Below, piece after piece: positions 28,828 to 37,902 of a stretch of DNA of 58,927 nucleotides. A model generated the notes under the pieces. It saw only the letters and a list, made by a program, of their open reading frames with translations. It was not told where the DNA came from and made no database searches. Source of the DNA: Candidatus Neochristensenella gallicola (lineage in GTDB: Bacteria > Bacillota > Clostridia > Christensenellales > QALW01); assembly GCA_904419735.1 (NCBI GenBank), contig CAJFSR010000002.1, positions 1 to 58,927 on the forward strand. Reading direction: 5' to 3'. Every line of letters begins with the position of its first letter. Positions within the stretch are counted from its first letter, which is position 1. A program made the translations under genes and the position numbers.

Positions 28828-30534
28828 ATGCCTCTTGACGGAATAACTCTCGGAGGAATAATATTTGAATTAAACAGCCTGCTTTCGGGCGGCCGGATTG
28901 ACAGGATCCAGCAGCCTGAAAAGGATGAAATTATTTTATTGATAAAAAACAATGCGCGCCAGCATAGGCTGCTTATCAGCGCTAACGCCGGCAGCGCCCG
29001 GCTGCATATTACCCGGACGGCAAAAGAGAATCCGGAAACGCCGCCCAATTTCTGCATGCTGCTCCGCAAGCATTTGAGCGGCGGCAGAATTCTGTCCATA
29101 ACTCAGCCTTCCAACGAGCGAATTGCCAATATTGCTATTGAATCCTGCACTGAGCTGGGAGATAAAACTGTGAAAACTCTTATAGCTGAAATTATGGGCA
29201 AGCACAGCAATATTATACTGGTAAATTCTCAGGGCTTTGTAATAGACGCCATTAAGAGGGTGGATATAACTGTCAGCTCGGTACGGCAGGTCATGCCCCA
29301 TGATATTTATACTGTTCCCCCCTCTCAGAATAAGGTGGAGCCAAGCATGGATAATATCCAGAGCTTTTTCCTTGAAAGAGGAGAAAATATAACTGCCCGA
29401 ATGATTTCGGACAGCTTTACAGGCATATCCAGGCCCGCGGCGGAGGAGATAGTTTTCAGAATAAAGAGCGCGGGCGGCATAATGGGCTTTAAAGATTATA
29501 TGCAGTGTGTCCGGGAACAAAATTACATGCCTGTTATGCTCCTTAACGAACAAGCTCAGCCGGTGGATTTTCTGCCTTTCAGATATTCCTCCCTTGCTCC
29601 TGAAAGGCAGCAGGAACGGCCCGGGTTTTCGGCTATGCTGGAGGAATTTTATGCTGCTAAAGATACGGCGCAGCATATGAAGAGCCGGAGCCGTGAATTG
29701 AATATGCTTTTGGATAAGCTTATAGAGAAATGCGAGCGGAAAGAAGCGCTTTACGCGCAGAAATTAATGGAATGCGCGCAGATGGACATATACAGGATAA
29801 AGGGCGAATTGCTTACCGCAAATTTATTCCGCGTCAGCCGCGGCGCAAAAAAAGTAACGGTTAATAATTACTATGAGGAAAATAAGGAGCTGGAAATAGA
29901 ACTGGATGAAAGAATTTCCCCGCAGGCAAACGCGCAGCAGTATTTTAAAAAATATAATAAGCTAAAAACCGCTTCCAAGCTGGTAACCGGGCAGATTTCC
30001 CAGAATCGTGAGGAAAAAAGCTATCTTGAATCCCTGAAGCTGAGCCTGGACAACTGTACGAATTATTCCGAATTAGAGGAAATACGCCAGGAGCTGTTGC
30101 AGGCCGGGTATATCAAGAACCGCACTAAGGGGAAAAAGCTTAAGTCCTCTTCCCCTACTGCCCCGCACTGCTATATTTCTTCAGACGGAATAGAAATTTT
30201 AGTGGGCAAGAACAACCGTCAAAATGATGCGCTTACCCTTAAAACCGCTCTGCCCAACGAAACCTGGCTGCACGTTAAAGATATGCCCGGTTCTCATGTT
30301 ATTATACGCAAAACAGGAGATATCCCGCCGCGGACGCTTCAGCAGGCTGCTAATCTGGCCGTTTATTACTCCAAAGGGCGCGCTTCGCAAAATGTGCCTG
30401 TGGATTATACTCTGGTTAGGTATGTAAAAAAGCCCGGCGGTGCAAAGCCGGGCATGGTAATTTACCAAAACATGAAAACTCTTTATATAACCTGTGATGC
30501 TGACGCAATCAGCGCTCTTACCAAAGCGAGATAA
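28828..30534 (+). CDS. rqcH: Ribosome quality control factor RqcH (NFACT/FbpA family)
   Basis: MPLDG N-terminus, FCMLLRKHL, EIMGKHSNIIL, NAQQYFKKY, VGKNNRQND, PGSHV, VKKPGGAKPG. Confidence 0.93.
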   Translation: MPLDGITLGGIIFELNSLLSGGRIDRIQQPEKDEIILLIKNNARQHRLLISANAGSARLHITRTAKENPETPPNFCMLLRKHLSGGRILSITQPSNERIANIAIESCTELGDKTVKTLIAEIMGKHSNIILVNSQGFVIDAIKRVDITVSSVRQVMPHDIYTVPPSQNKVEPSMDNIQSFFLERGENITARMISDSFTGISRPAAEEIVFRIKSAGGIMGFKDYMQCVREQNYMPVMLLNEQAQPVDFLPFRYSSLAPERQQERPGFSAMLEEFYAAKDTAQHMKSRSRELNMLLDKLIEKCERKEALYAQKLMECAQMDIYRIKGELLTANLFRVSRGAKKVTVNNYYEENKELEIELDERISPQANAQQYFKKYNKLKTASKLVTGQISQNREEKSYLESLKLSLDNCTNYSELEEIRQELLQAGYIKNRTKGKKLKSSSPTAPHCYISSDGIEILVGKNNRQNDALTLKTALPNETWLHVKDMPGSHVIIRKTGDIPPRTLQQAANLAVYYSKGRASQNVPVDYTLVRYVKKPGGAKPGMVIYQNMKTLYITCDADAISALTKAR

Positions 30535-31672
30535 TACGCTTGAGAATATCCCAGATTTTGGCTTCCTTGTAATCCCGGTCGGCAACCAGATCCACGCGCA
30601 TCATTTCTTCGCCGTCTTTTCTGATTATAAGCTCGCCTACTTTCTGGCCCGCTTTAACGGGAGCGGCGATTTCAGACGGAAGAGCTATTTCCTTTTCAAT
30701 CAGCTTTTCTTCCCCTTTATGCAGAACCGCGGTAACATTCCAGGCCGGATGGACCGACATGGTTTTATCCATACCGTTCTTAACGGCGGGCTGCTGCTCT
30801 ATAACGTCGTCTTTATTTACCAGCTTAACGGTAACGAAATTTGCAAAGCCGTAATTAAGCAGGGTGCGTGCATCGTCAAATCTGTTTTGGCTGGTTTCTC
30901 CGCCTAAAATGACGCTTATCATGCGGGTTCCGTTGCGGGTGGCAGAAGCGCTTAAGCAGTGCTTGGCTTCATCTGTATAACCCGTCTTTACGCCGTCGCA
31001 GCCTTCGTAAAAGCGCACAAGCTTATTTGTGTTGGTCAGGCCCGTGACTCGTCCGTCTTTGTGGGTTATCTCATCCATCCAGGTGCTGCTCCACCTGAAA
31101 TAATCCTTGTGCCCTAGAAGCTCCCTGGACATTATGGCCACATCCCTGGCTGTGGAAAGATGTCCTTCGGCGGGCAGGCCGGTGCAGTTTACAAAGGTTG
31201 TGTTGTTCATGCCCAGCTCTTCCGCTTTTTTGTTCATGCGGGATACAAAGGTCTCTTCATTGCCCGCAATATGCTCGGCCATTGCTATGCAGGCGTCGTT
31301 GGCGGACGCTATTATTATTGATTTAATCAGCTCGCTGGCAGGATACTGCCAATGAGCGTCTGTAAAGACGTGTGAACCGCCGATATTTGCGGCGTATTCG
31401 CTTACCGTTACTTTATCGTCCAGTTTCAGCGTGCCCTGCTCCACCTCGTCAAAGATAAGACATAGGCTCATTATTTTAGTAACGCTGGCAATAGGAAGGG
31501 GCTGGTCTATGTTTTTCTCATAAAGTATTGTTCCCGTTTCATATTCCATAAGCAGGCCCGCTCTGGCGTTAATATCAAATTCGGGCTCGGCTTTTGTTAC
31601 TGTGACTGAGCAGAGGCTTACGCTAAGAAACAGTATTGCGGCTGAAATAATTTTTAAAAAACTCTTAGACAT
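30518..31672 (-). CDS. dacF: D-alanyl-D-alanine carboxypeptidase (DacF-like)
   Basis: SVTK, SAN and KTG penicillin-binding-protein motifs; signal peptide; follows deoB-punA. Confidence 0.85.
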   Translation of the reverse strand: MSKSFLKIISAAILFLSVSLCSVTVTKAEPEFDINARAGLLMEYETGTILYEKNIDQPLPIASVTKIMSLCLIFDEVEQGTLKLDDKVTVSEYAANIGGSHVFTDAHWQYPASELIKSIIIASANDACIAMAEHIAGNEETFVSRMNKKAEELGMNNTTFVNCTGLPAEGHLSTARDVAIMSRELLGHKDYFRWSSTWMDEITHKDGRVTGLTNTNKLVRFYEGCDGVKTGYTDEAKHCLSASATRNGTRMISVILGGETSQNRFDDARTLLNYGFANFVTVKLVNKDDVIEQQPAVKNGMDKTMSVHPAWNVTAVLHKGEEKLIEKEIALPSEIAAPVKAGQKVGELIIRKDGEEMMRVDLVADRDYKEAKIWDILKRIISLW

Positions 31673-31730
31673 AAAAACCTCCTTGTTTTTTATTTAGGTT
31701 ATGCAGACAAGAAGGTTTTATGCGTTATTT

Positions 31731-32540
31731 TTAAATATTTTCAATTATTTTGTCAATTAATGAGGCGAAAGCTCCCGCAGCCTTTTTACCGGTCTCCATT
31801 ACCTCGGCGTGAGAAAGAGGAGTTTTTAAAATGCCGGCGGCCATATTGGTTATGCAGGATATTCCCAATACTTTTATGCCCGCCTGCACGGCGGCTACCG
31901 TTTCGTAAACAGTGGACATGCCCACCATATCTCCCCCCAGAATGCGAATGGCTCTTATTTCGGCCGGCGTTTCATAGCTGGGGCCGGCGCAGTAGTAGTA
32001 TACGCCTTGCTTAAGTTTTATTCCCGCCTGAAGTGCGGAATCCAGCGCTGTTTTAATTAAATCCGGAGCATATGCCTCGCTCATGGAGGGAAAGCGCTCG
32101 CCAAAATCCAAAGCCCTGGTTCCTCTCAGCGGATTGAGCCCGGTTAAATTAATATGGTCTGTTATGCAGACTAAATCACCCGGAGCAAAATCAGTATTGA
32201 CAGCGCCTGCGGCGTTTGTAAGTATAAGCTTATTGATTCCCAGCGCCTTTAGCACTCTTATGGGGAATACCGTTTCTTCGGGGCTCCGGCCTTCATAATA
32301 ATGCACGCGTCCCTGAAGGCATATAATCTGCCTGCCCGCTTTCTCCCCTATTACAAATGCGCCCTTATGCCCTTGGACGGTGGAAACGGGCATACCCGGA
32401 ACGTCCTTATAATGTATGACGGATGCATTTGAAAGTCCGTCCGCGTAATTTCCCAGGCCTGAGCCGAGCACAAGGCCTGTTTGAGCCGTAACAGTTAATT
32501 TGCTTTTTATATAACCGGCCGCTTTTATTACTTCATTCAT
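31731..32540 (-). CDS. punA: Purine-nucleoside phosphorylase
   Basis: LGSGLG, GRVHYYEG, TNAAG, GPSYETPAE, VGMST. Confidence 0.95.
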   Translation of the reverse strand: MNEVIKAAGYIKSKLTVTAQTGLVLGSGLGNYADGLSNASVIHYKDVPGMPVSTVQGHKGAFVIGEKAGRQIICLQGRVHYYEGRSPEETVFPIRVLKALGINKLILTNAAGAVNTDFAPGDLVCITDHINLTGLNPLRGTRALDFGERFPSMSEAYAPDLIKTALDSALQAGIKLKQGVYYYCAGPSYETPAEIRAIRILGGDMVGMSTVYETVAAVQAGIKVLGISCITNMAAGILKTPLSHAEVMETGKKAAGAFASLIDKIIENI

Positions 32541-32555
32541 AACCGTCCTCCTGAA

Positions 32556-33692
32556 TTATAAAAATGATTTGCCGCTTAAATCGTACGCAAGTTTAAAATA
32601 ATGCGCTATTGATGCCGCAACGTCCGAAAAATCCCGCGTGTGCAGATTGGCGGGCTTAATGCAGGAGCCATACAGCAAAAGAGGCGTATATTCCCTGGAA
32701 TGGTCCGTGCTGGCCGTATTGGGGTCGCAGCCGTGGTCGCCCGTTATAATTAAAATATCCGTTTGGTTCAGCTTGTCCAGTATTTTTGCAAGCGCTTGGT
32801 CAAATTCTTCCAGCGCGCGGGCGTAGCCGTCAGCATTATTCCTATGTCCGTAAAGAGAATCGAAATCCACAAGATTTACAAACAGCAGTCCGTCAAAGCT
32901 TTTTTCAAGCAAGCTGAGCGTTCTGTCAATGCAGGCCTGATTGCCTTTGTCGGGATAGCTTTTTGTCAGTCCGCAGTTATCAAAAATATCCCCTATTTTT
33001 CCTACGCCTATAACTTCCAGCCCGTTTTCACTCAAAATATTCAGTACCGTACGGCCCGGATTCAGAGAAAAATCATGCCGGTTCTTTGTACGCACAAAGC
33101 TGCCTGGCTGGCCGGTAAAAGGCCGCGCAATTATTCTGCCTACGGCAAATTCTCCCGACATGATCCGGCGGGCCTCTCTGCACATTTGGTATAACTCCTC
33201 CAGCGGGATTATATCTTCATGCGCCGCAATCTGGAGAACACTGTCAGCCGAGGTATATACTATCGGGTATCCGGTGCGCATATGCTCCTGTCCCAGCTCT
33301 TCAATTATAACTGTTCCCGAAGCCGCTTTATTGCCCAGTATTTTTCTGCCGAAAGCGCTTTCCAGCTTTTCCACAATTTCAGGCGGGAATTTTTTAAAAG
33401 TGGGAAAGGGAGCGGAAAGTATTTTGCCCATTAGTTCCCAGTGCCCTGTTGTGGTATCCTTGCCGGGTGAGCGTTCCGCCAATTTTCCGTATGCGGCGCT
33501 GGGAGAAGAATTTTTGGGCGCATAATCCAGGCCGTCAATATTAAAAAGGCCCATTTTGGCCATATTGGGAAGATGGGCTTTTCCTGTAAGCACAACGCTT
33601 CTTAACGTATTGCTGCCGCTGTCTCCGTAATTTGCGGCATCTGGCAGCTCGCCTACTCCCAAACTGTCCAGCACTATCACTGTACATCTCAT
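32556..33692 (-). CDS. deoB: Phosphopentomutase
   Basis: VLDSLGVG, GKDTTTGHWE, YTSADS, NLVDFD..YGHR, GDHGCDP, HSRE. Confidence 0.96.
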   Translation of the reverse strand: MRCTVIVLDSLGVGELPDAANYGDSGSNTLRSVVLTGKAHLPNMAKMGLFNIDGLDYAPKNSSPSAAYGKLAERSPGKDTTTGHWELMGKILSAPFPTFKKFPPEIVEKLESAFGRKILGNKAASGTVIIEELGQEHMRTGYPIVYTSADSVLQIAAHEDIIPLEELYQMCREARRIMSGEFAVGRIIARPFTGQPGSFVRTKNRHDFSLNPGRTVLNILSENGLEVIGVGKIGDIFDNCGLTKSYPDKGNQACIDRTLSLLEKSFDGLLFVNLVDFDSLYGHRNNADGYARALEEFDQALAKILDKLNQTDILIITGDHGCDPNTASTDHSREYTPLLLYGSCIKPANLHTRDFSDVAASIAHYFKLAYDLSGKSFL

Positions 33693-33738
33693 TTAATCAT
33701 GCCTCCATTGGCTGTTTATTATAGTCGTTTAAGTAGAT

Positions 33739-34004
33739 AATACAATCAAATTATAATGCGCCGCAATGGGCACATTGCTCCGTTTTACTGCGTTGCCGTC
33801 CTTAAAATACTCCCGGTATTTTTGCATTTTGCCGCCTTGCAAAAGCGAAAAATCGCCCTGCTTTTCGGTCGGAGATTTTTGCAAAAATGCCCGTTAATAG
33901 CTGTAAGAAGCGGGCGAAAACATATCGTGCGTATTTCAAGACCGCGCAGCAGAGCGGACGCGGCGGGCATTTCATGCAAAAACGCATTGTACACTGATTG
34001 TATT
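33739..34004. mobile_element. MITE-like element (266 bp) between spoIIM and deoB
   Basis: 22-bp TIRs (18/22): aatacaatcaaattataatgcg / cgcattgtacactgattgtatt; internal module on the minus strand CAAGGCG...AAAATAC-cggga-GTATTTT...CAACGCAG. Confidence 0.65.
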
Positions 34005-34030
34005 GTTTAGTCGTCTTTAAAAATATTATA

Positions 34031-34669
34031 TCATAAAATGCCGCTGAATAAACTATAAATTCCATTCATTATCAAGGGCATTATCAGAGTAATATATACA
34101 CTGGCCGGAATAACAGCCGCTACTGCACAAATAAAGAATTGGAGATAGCCCAAATCCTCTCTGCCGATTCCCCTCTTGCCTTTGAGCTGTCTGCGCTTTT
34201 TTAATCTGATCAGAGCCAGTACCGAGCAGAAAAAGTATATGGGCAGCAGAAGCAGATACTGCGGCAAAAGCGCTAAAAGCAGTATCAGAAAGCCGTCAAA
34301 GCCCAGCAGACTAAGAAGCATGGACGCTGAAAAGCCTAGAACAAAGCCGCGGCCGCCCAAAATAAGATATGTAAGCGGATATGTAAAGGTAAAAAGCCCC
34401 AAAAGCATTATAAAGAACACAGTTTCGGCTGAACTGAGAAAAGATGTAAAAAATATGCCCCAGCGGTCGGCGCTTCCGTTGGCTATATATTCCAGATAAG
34501 ATTCCATATAGCGTCCGAAGCCGTCGCTGAAAAAATCTCCGACATATTTATAATAAAAACAGCCGCTGCTTATGCCTATGAGGAAAAACACCAGTGCGAT
34601 GATATAGCCTGTCAGATTCTCTTTAATGTGCTGGACAATGTTCTGTTTTATATACCCCATTTTTACCAT
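34031..34669 (-). CDS. spoIIM: Stage II sporulation protein M
   Basis: Multi-TM; HIKEN..Y, RGFVLGF, LLPQ motifs; syntenic upstream of deoB. Confidence 0.85.
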   Translation of the reverse strand: MVKMGYIKQNIVQHIKENLTGYIIALVFFLIGISSGCFYYKYVGDFFSDGFGRYMESYLEYIANGSADRWGIFFTSFLSSAETVFFIMLLGLFTFTYPLTYLILGGRGFVLGFSASMLLSLLGFDGFLILLLALLPQYLLLLPIYFFCSVLALIRLKKRRQLKGKRGIGREDLGYLQFFICAVAAVIPASVYITLIMPLIMNGIYSLFSGIL

Positions 34670-35042
34670 ATTTTCAACCCCTTCAGATACTATTCTATTG
34701 AGGGGGACTAGATAGCATTCATAATAAAAAGCTTTTTGGGTGCGGGATATATTTTGTTATATTATAATTGGCAAGCAATACCGCAATATAATGTTTAATT
34801 GAAAAAACTATATTTGGGCAGGAGAGGGCGTACATTTTAAAGTACGCCATTATGTTCATATACTAAAGTAAATATTTGAAGCGGTATGAACGAATATAAT
34901 AACAGGAGCTTTACCCATATTTTATGCTATAACCAAGTTTGCGGATTTTATCATTTAATTACGTTAAATTGATAAAAAAATTTAAACATATCATAAGCGC
35001 ATTGATGAAATTTCAAAAATAATATCAATGCGCGATTTTCGG

Positions 35043-35049
35043 TGTCGAA
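35043..35049 (+). promoter_or_regulatory. Spo0A box consensus
   Basis: TGTCGAA just downstream of the Spo0A-like gene; a single 7-mer, could be chance. Confidence 0.3.
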
Positions 35050-35097
35050 AAAGTGCTAAGGAACAAAAAATATACGAATTACGCCTTTATATGTAAA

Positions 35098-35823
35098 TTA
35101 CTCCTCAAAGGTATTGCATATGTAATCACAGATAAATCCTATAAATTCACTGTTGGTAGGCTTGCCTTTATCTGAACGTATGCTGAATCCGAACAGAGAG
35201 TTAATATAATCCAAATCCCCGCATATCCAGGCAGTTTCAATGCTGTTTCTTATATTTCTTTCTATGCAGTTAGGACGGTTCCCGTACTTATCGGCCAGCT
35301 GCTGATAAATTTTGCCCATGTTATTATAATAGGGAAACGCATTGCCGTTTCTGACCAAAAGCATTATAAGATCCAGAAGATAATTGAATCCCAGCAGGTT
35401 TGGACGCATGCCTATTTTCTTCAATGTATCCCCAATATATTTGGCCAGCTTATTCTCGCGCTCTTTTGAGATACCCTCTATATTGATGCCCCCGCCGGCG
35501 TAGGAAGATATGAAATCCAGCAGCTGGTTCTTTTCCTCCGGCTTTTTAAAAACCCTGACAGCTCCCAAAGAAATAGCTATTCTGGTTATAAATGCATCAG
35601 AAAGCTCTGAATATATAATAAATTTAGTATTTCCCTGACCAGCCATCTTTTTCAATAGTCCAATGCCATCCAAATCTTTCAGGATATAATCAGTTATAAC
35701 TACATCAGGGGAGGTTTCGCAAACGGCATCATACAATTCCTTTCCTGATTGATATATGCCTTTTATAGCCAACTGGCCTTCAAATGCATTGTCGTTATTA
35801 GTGGTGCCAAGCAGTATTCTCAT
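35098..35823 (-). CDS. spo0A: Divergent Spo0A-family response regulator
   Basis: RBS aggagga; receiver PDVVITD...DGIGLL...KP; Spo0A C-terminal IERNIR...AW...FG...KGKPTNSEFI; directly downstream of spoIVB. Confidence 0.8.
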   Translation of the reverse strand: MRILLGTTNNDNAFEGQLAIKGIYQSGKELYDAVCETSPDVVITDYILKDLDGIGLLKKMAGQGNTKFIIYSELSDAFITRIAISLGAVRVFKKPEEKNQLLDFISSYAGGGINIEGISKERENKLAKYIGDTLKKIGMRPNLLGFNYLLDLIMLLVRNGNAFPYYNNMGKIYQQLADKYGNRPNCIERNIRNSIETAWICGDLDYINSLFGFSIRSDKGKPTNSEFIGFICDYICNTFEE

Positions 35824-36140
35824 GGTAAATTTCCTCCTTAATAAATATAATATGACTAGTAAATATATTATATTTAAAATTAACAATATTTGCAAGTAAA
35901 AATTATACATTTTAGATTATTATTAATTATTTTAATTAGTTTCTTTAATTGTTGTCTATTCTATGTGCACGATATTTCCAAAAAACGCGCATTGAACCGA
36001 ATATCGACTTAATATACATTTATTATTATCAGTGCCTTTTGATATTAACTTGCCTTTATATTTTAAGTTATGCTCTATTTTGACATCAGCTCAATGTAAT
36101 TTAAATAAAACACCCTTTTAAAAATGCCGAAAATATGAAT

Positions 36141-36394
36141 AGCGAAACGACAGCATACCGCAGGTATATCTCGTTCCTCCATACGTCTATAGCATATATC
36201 AATGCTCGCAGAGCGAAATTGACAGCATACCGCAGGTATATCTCCCGTTCCTCCATACGTCTATAGCATATTTCAATGCTCGCAGAGCGAAATTGACAGC
36301 ATACCGCCGGTATATCTCCCGTTTCTCCATACATTTATAGCATATTTCATCCCTCACAGAACGATAGCATACCGCAGGTATATAAACCCGTTCC
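36141..36394. repeat. Tandem array of ~3.5 copies of a ~74-bp unit
   Basis: Units start at 36141, 36212, 36286 and ~36356; agcgaaattgacagcataccgcaggtatatctcccgttcctccatacgtctatagcatatttcaatgctcgcag. Confidence 0.9.
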
Positions 36395-36409
36395 GCCAAG
36401 GAACTGATA

Positions 36410-36451
36410 CAGCTTGGGGCGCCCTTCCTGACCGAATGGCGCCCCAAGCTG
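36410..36451. terminator. Strong hairpin downstream of spoIVB
   Basis: 14-bp arms cagcttggggcgcc / ggcgccccaagctg; weak U-tract. Confidence 0.55.
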
Positions 36452-36505
36452 GACTGTTTTTTAAGATGTTATTACTGATATCTGCATGTGTTAATGCCTG
36501 CACTG

Positions 36506-37762
36506 CTATTCCTGCATCCAATCTATATACAGAGCATAGCCTTTTTGAGGGTCGCTTATCAATACATGCGTGACTGCTCCGATGAGCTTTCCGTCCTGGA
36601 GGATAGGACTGCCGCTCATTCCCTGCACAATGCCGCCGGTTTTTTCAAGCAGTCTTTCGTCAGTTACCTCGATTATCATGCTCTTTGCCGCTCGTACATC
36701 CTGCTTATTGGCTTTTATTATATTAATCTCATATTCTTGTATACCCTGTCCGTCTATGGTGGTTAAAATGGTTGCCTTGCCCTCTTTAACGCTGTTCCTG
36801 GAGGCCATTTCCACGCCCTGAGGATAAAGCTTATTTATTATATCCGAATAAGTATCTCCATAGAGCCCAAATTCAGTATTAGCGGAAATACTGCCGTATG
36901 CAGGAGAATTTAAACGGAAGCTGCCCTTCAGCTCTCCGGGTATGCCTTTTTTTCCTTTAACGATATCGTTAATAGTACATTCTACAATTTCACCTGTTCC
37001 CACAGGGAGAATTGTTCCCGTGTCCGGGTCGGTTATGGCGTGGCCCAAAGCGGCGTATTTTTTATTTTGGTTGTCAGCATAGGTTATTGTGCCTATTCCG
37101 GCCGTGCTGTCCCTGAGCCATAAGCCCAGCCGGTATTTTTTTTCGTATATATCAAAGGCCGGTGTTATTTTAACCTCTACATTTTTATTGTCCCTAAGCA
37201 CAGTGAGAGTTATGGGCCTGTTTCCGCTCTCCTCCACCAACTGGCCAAGCTGGCGGGCGTTTTGCAGCTGCTGGCCGTTGACCTTAGTTATAATATCGCC
37301 GTCAAAAAGCCCCGCTTGCATAGCAGGGTTCACTTTTTTGCCGCCCTCGCAGGAGATATCCGAATTTCCGGCCACGATAACGCCGTTTGTATATAAGGAT
37401 ACCCCGATGCACATTCCGCCGGGCGCAACGGTTTTTTGAGGCAGTATATATACCTCTATGTTTTTAATCTCCATTCCCAGGAAGGAGACGGGTATATTGC
37501 CTCTTATTATTTCATTTTCCCCTTCGCCTAAATGCCTGAATATTTCTGAGTCATTAGTAATATCTGCATTTGCACTCAAAATCAGGCTGTTTTTATTCTG
37601 GCAGAGGCTAAACGGAAAAGAGCATTCCAGCCCTACTTCCTCATTTTCGTAAATCACCACCCTGTCAGGCAGCTCAAACAGCTCAACAAGAGGCGCGCTT
37701 CTCAGGACGGTTAGAAGCAGCCCGGCGCCAGCCAGAGCTATCAATTTATTTTTAAATTTCAA
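36506..37762 (-). CDS. spoIVB: SpoIVB peptidase
   Basis: PDZ domain, LGLWLRDSTAGIGT, ALGHAITD, TGGIVQGMSGSPI, GAVTHV. Confidence 0.95.
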   Translation of the reverse strand: MKFKNKLIALAGAGLLLTVLRSAPLVELFELPDRVVIYENEEVGLECSFPFSLCQNKNSLILSANADITNDSEIFRHLGEGENEIIRGNIPVSFLGMEIKNIEVYILPQKTVAPGGMCIGVSLYTNGVIVAGNSDISCEGGKKVNPAMQAGLFDGDIITKVNGQQLQNARQLGQLVEESGNRPITLTVLRDNKNVEVKITPAFDIYEKKYRLGLWLRDSTAGIGTITYADNQNKKYAALGHAITDPDTGTILPVGTGEIVECTINDIVKGKKGIPGELKGSFRLNSPAYGSISANTEFGLYGDTYSDIINKLYPQGVEMASRNSVKEGKATILTTIDGQGIQEYEINIIKANKQDVRAAKSMIIEVTDERLLEKTGGIVQGMSGSPILQDGKLIGAVTHVLISDPQKGYALYIDWMQE

Positions 37763-37902
37763 TTTCTTTCAACTCCAAATCATTTTAAAATTCCGTTTCT
37801 ATATCTTTTGTAAATGGCATGCAAATATGCTTGTTAAAAAAATAAAGCTTCGACAAAAAATGCCGAAGCTTGTTCAGGAGTGAATTTTTGCAATTTGTTA
37901 AT

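Noticed and set aside
36141-36394. CRISPR array
   Set aside because: Whole 74-bp units repeat with no unique spacers, and no cas genes are in the window
36101-36447. Repetitive ORFs (EIYLRYAV...)
   Set aside because: Translations of the 74-bp repeat; the period is not a multiple of 3
37845-37871. Paired Spo0A boxes (TTCGACA, TGCCGAA) upstream of spoIVB
   Set aside because: Both are arms of a hairpin just after recN and are more simply explained as a terminator
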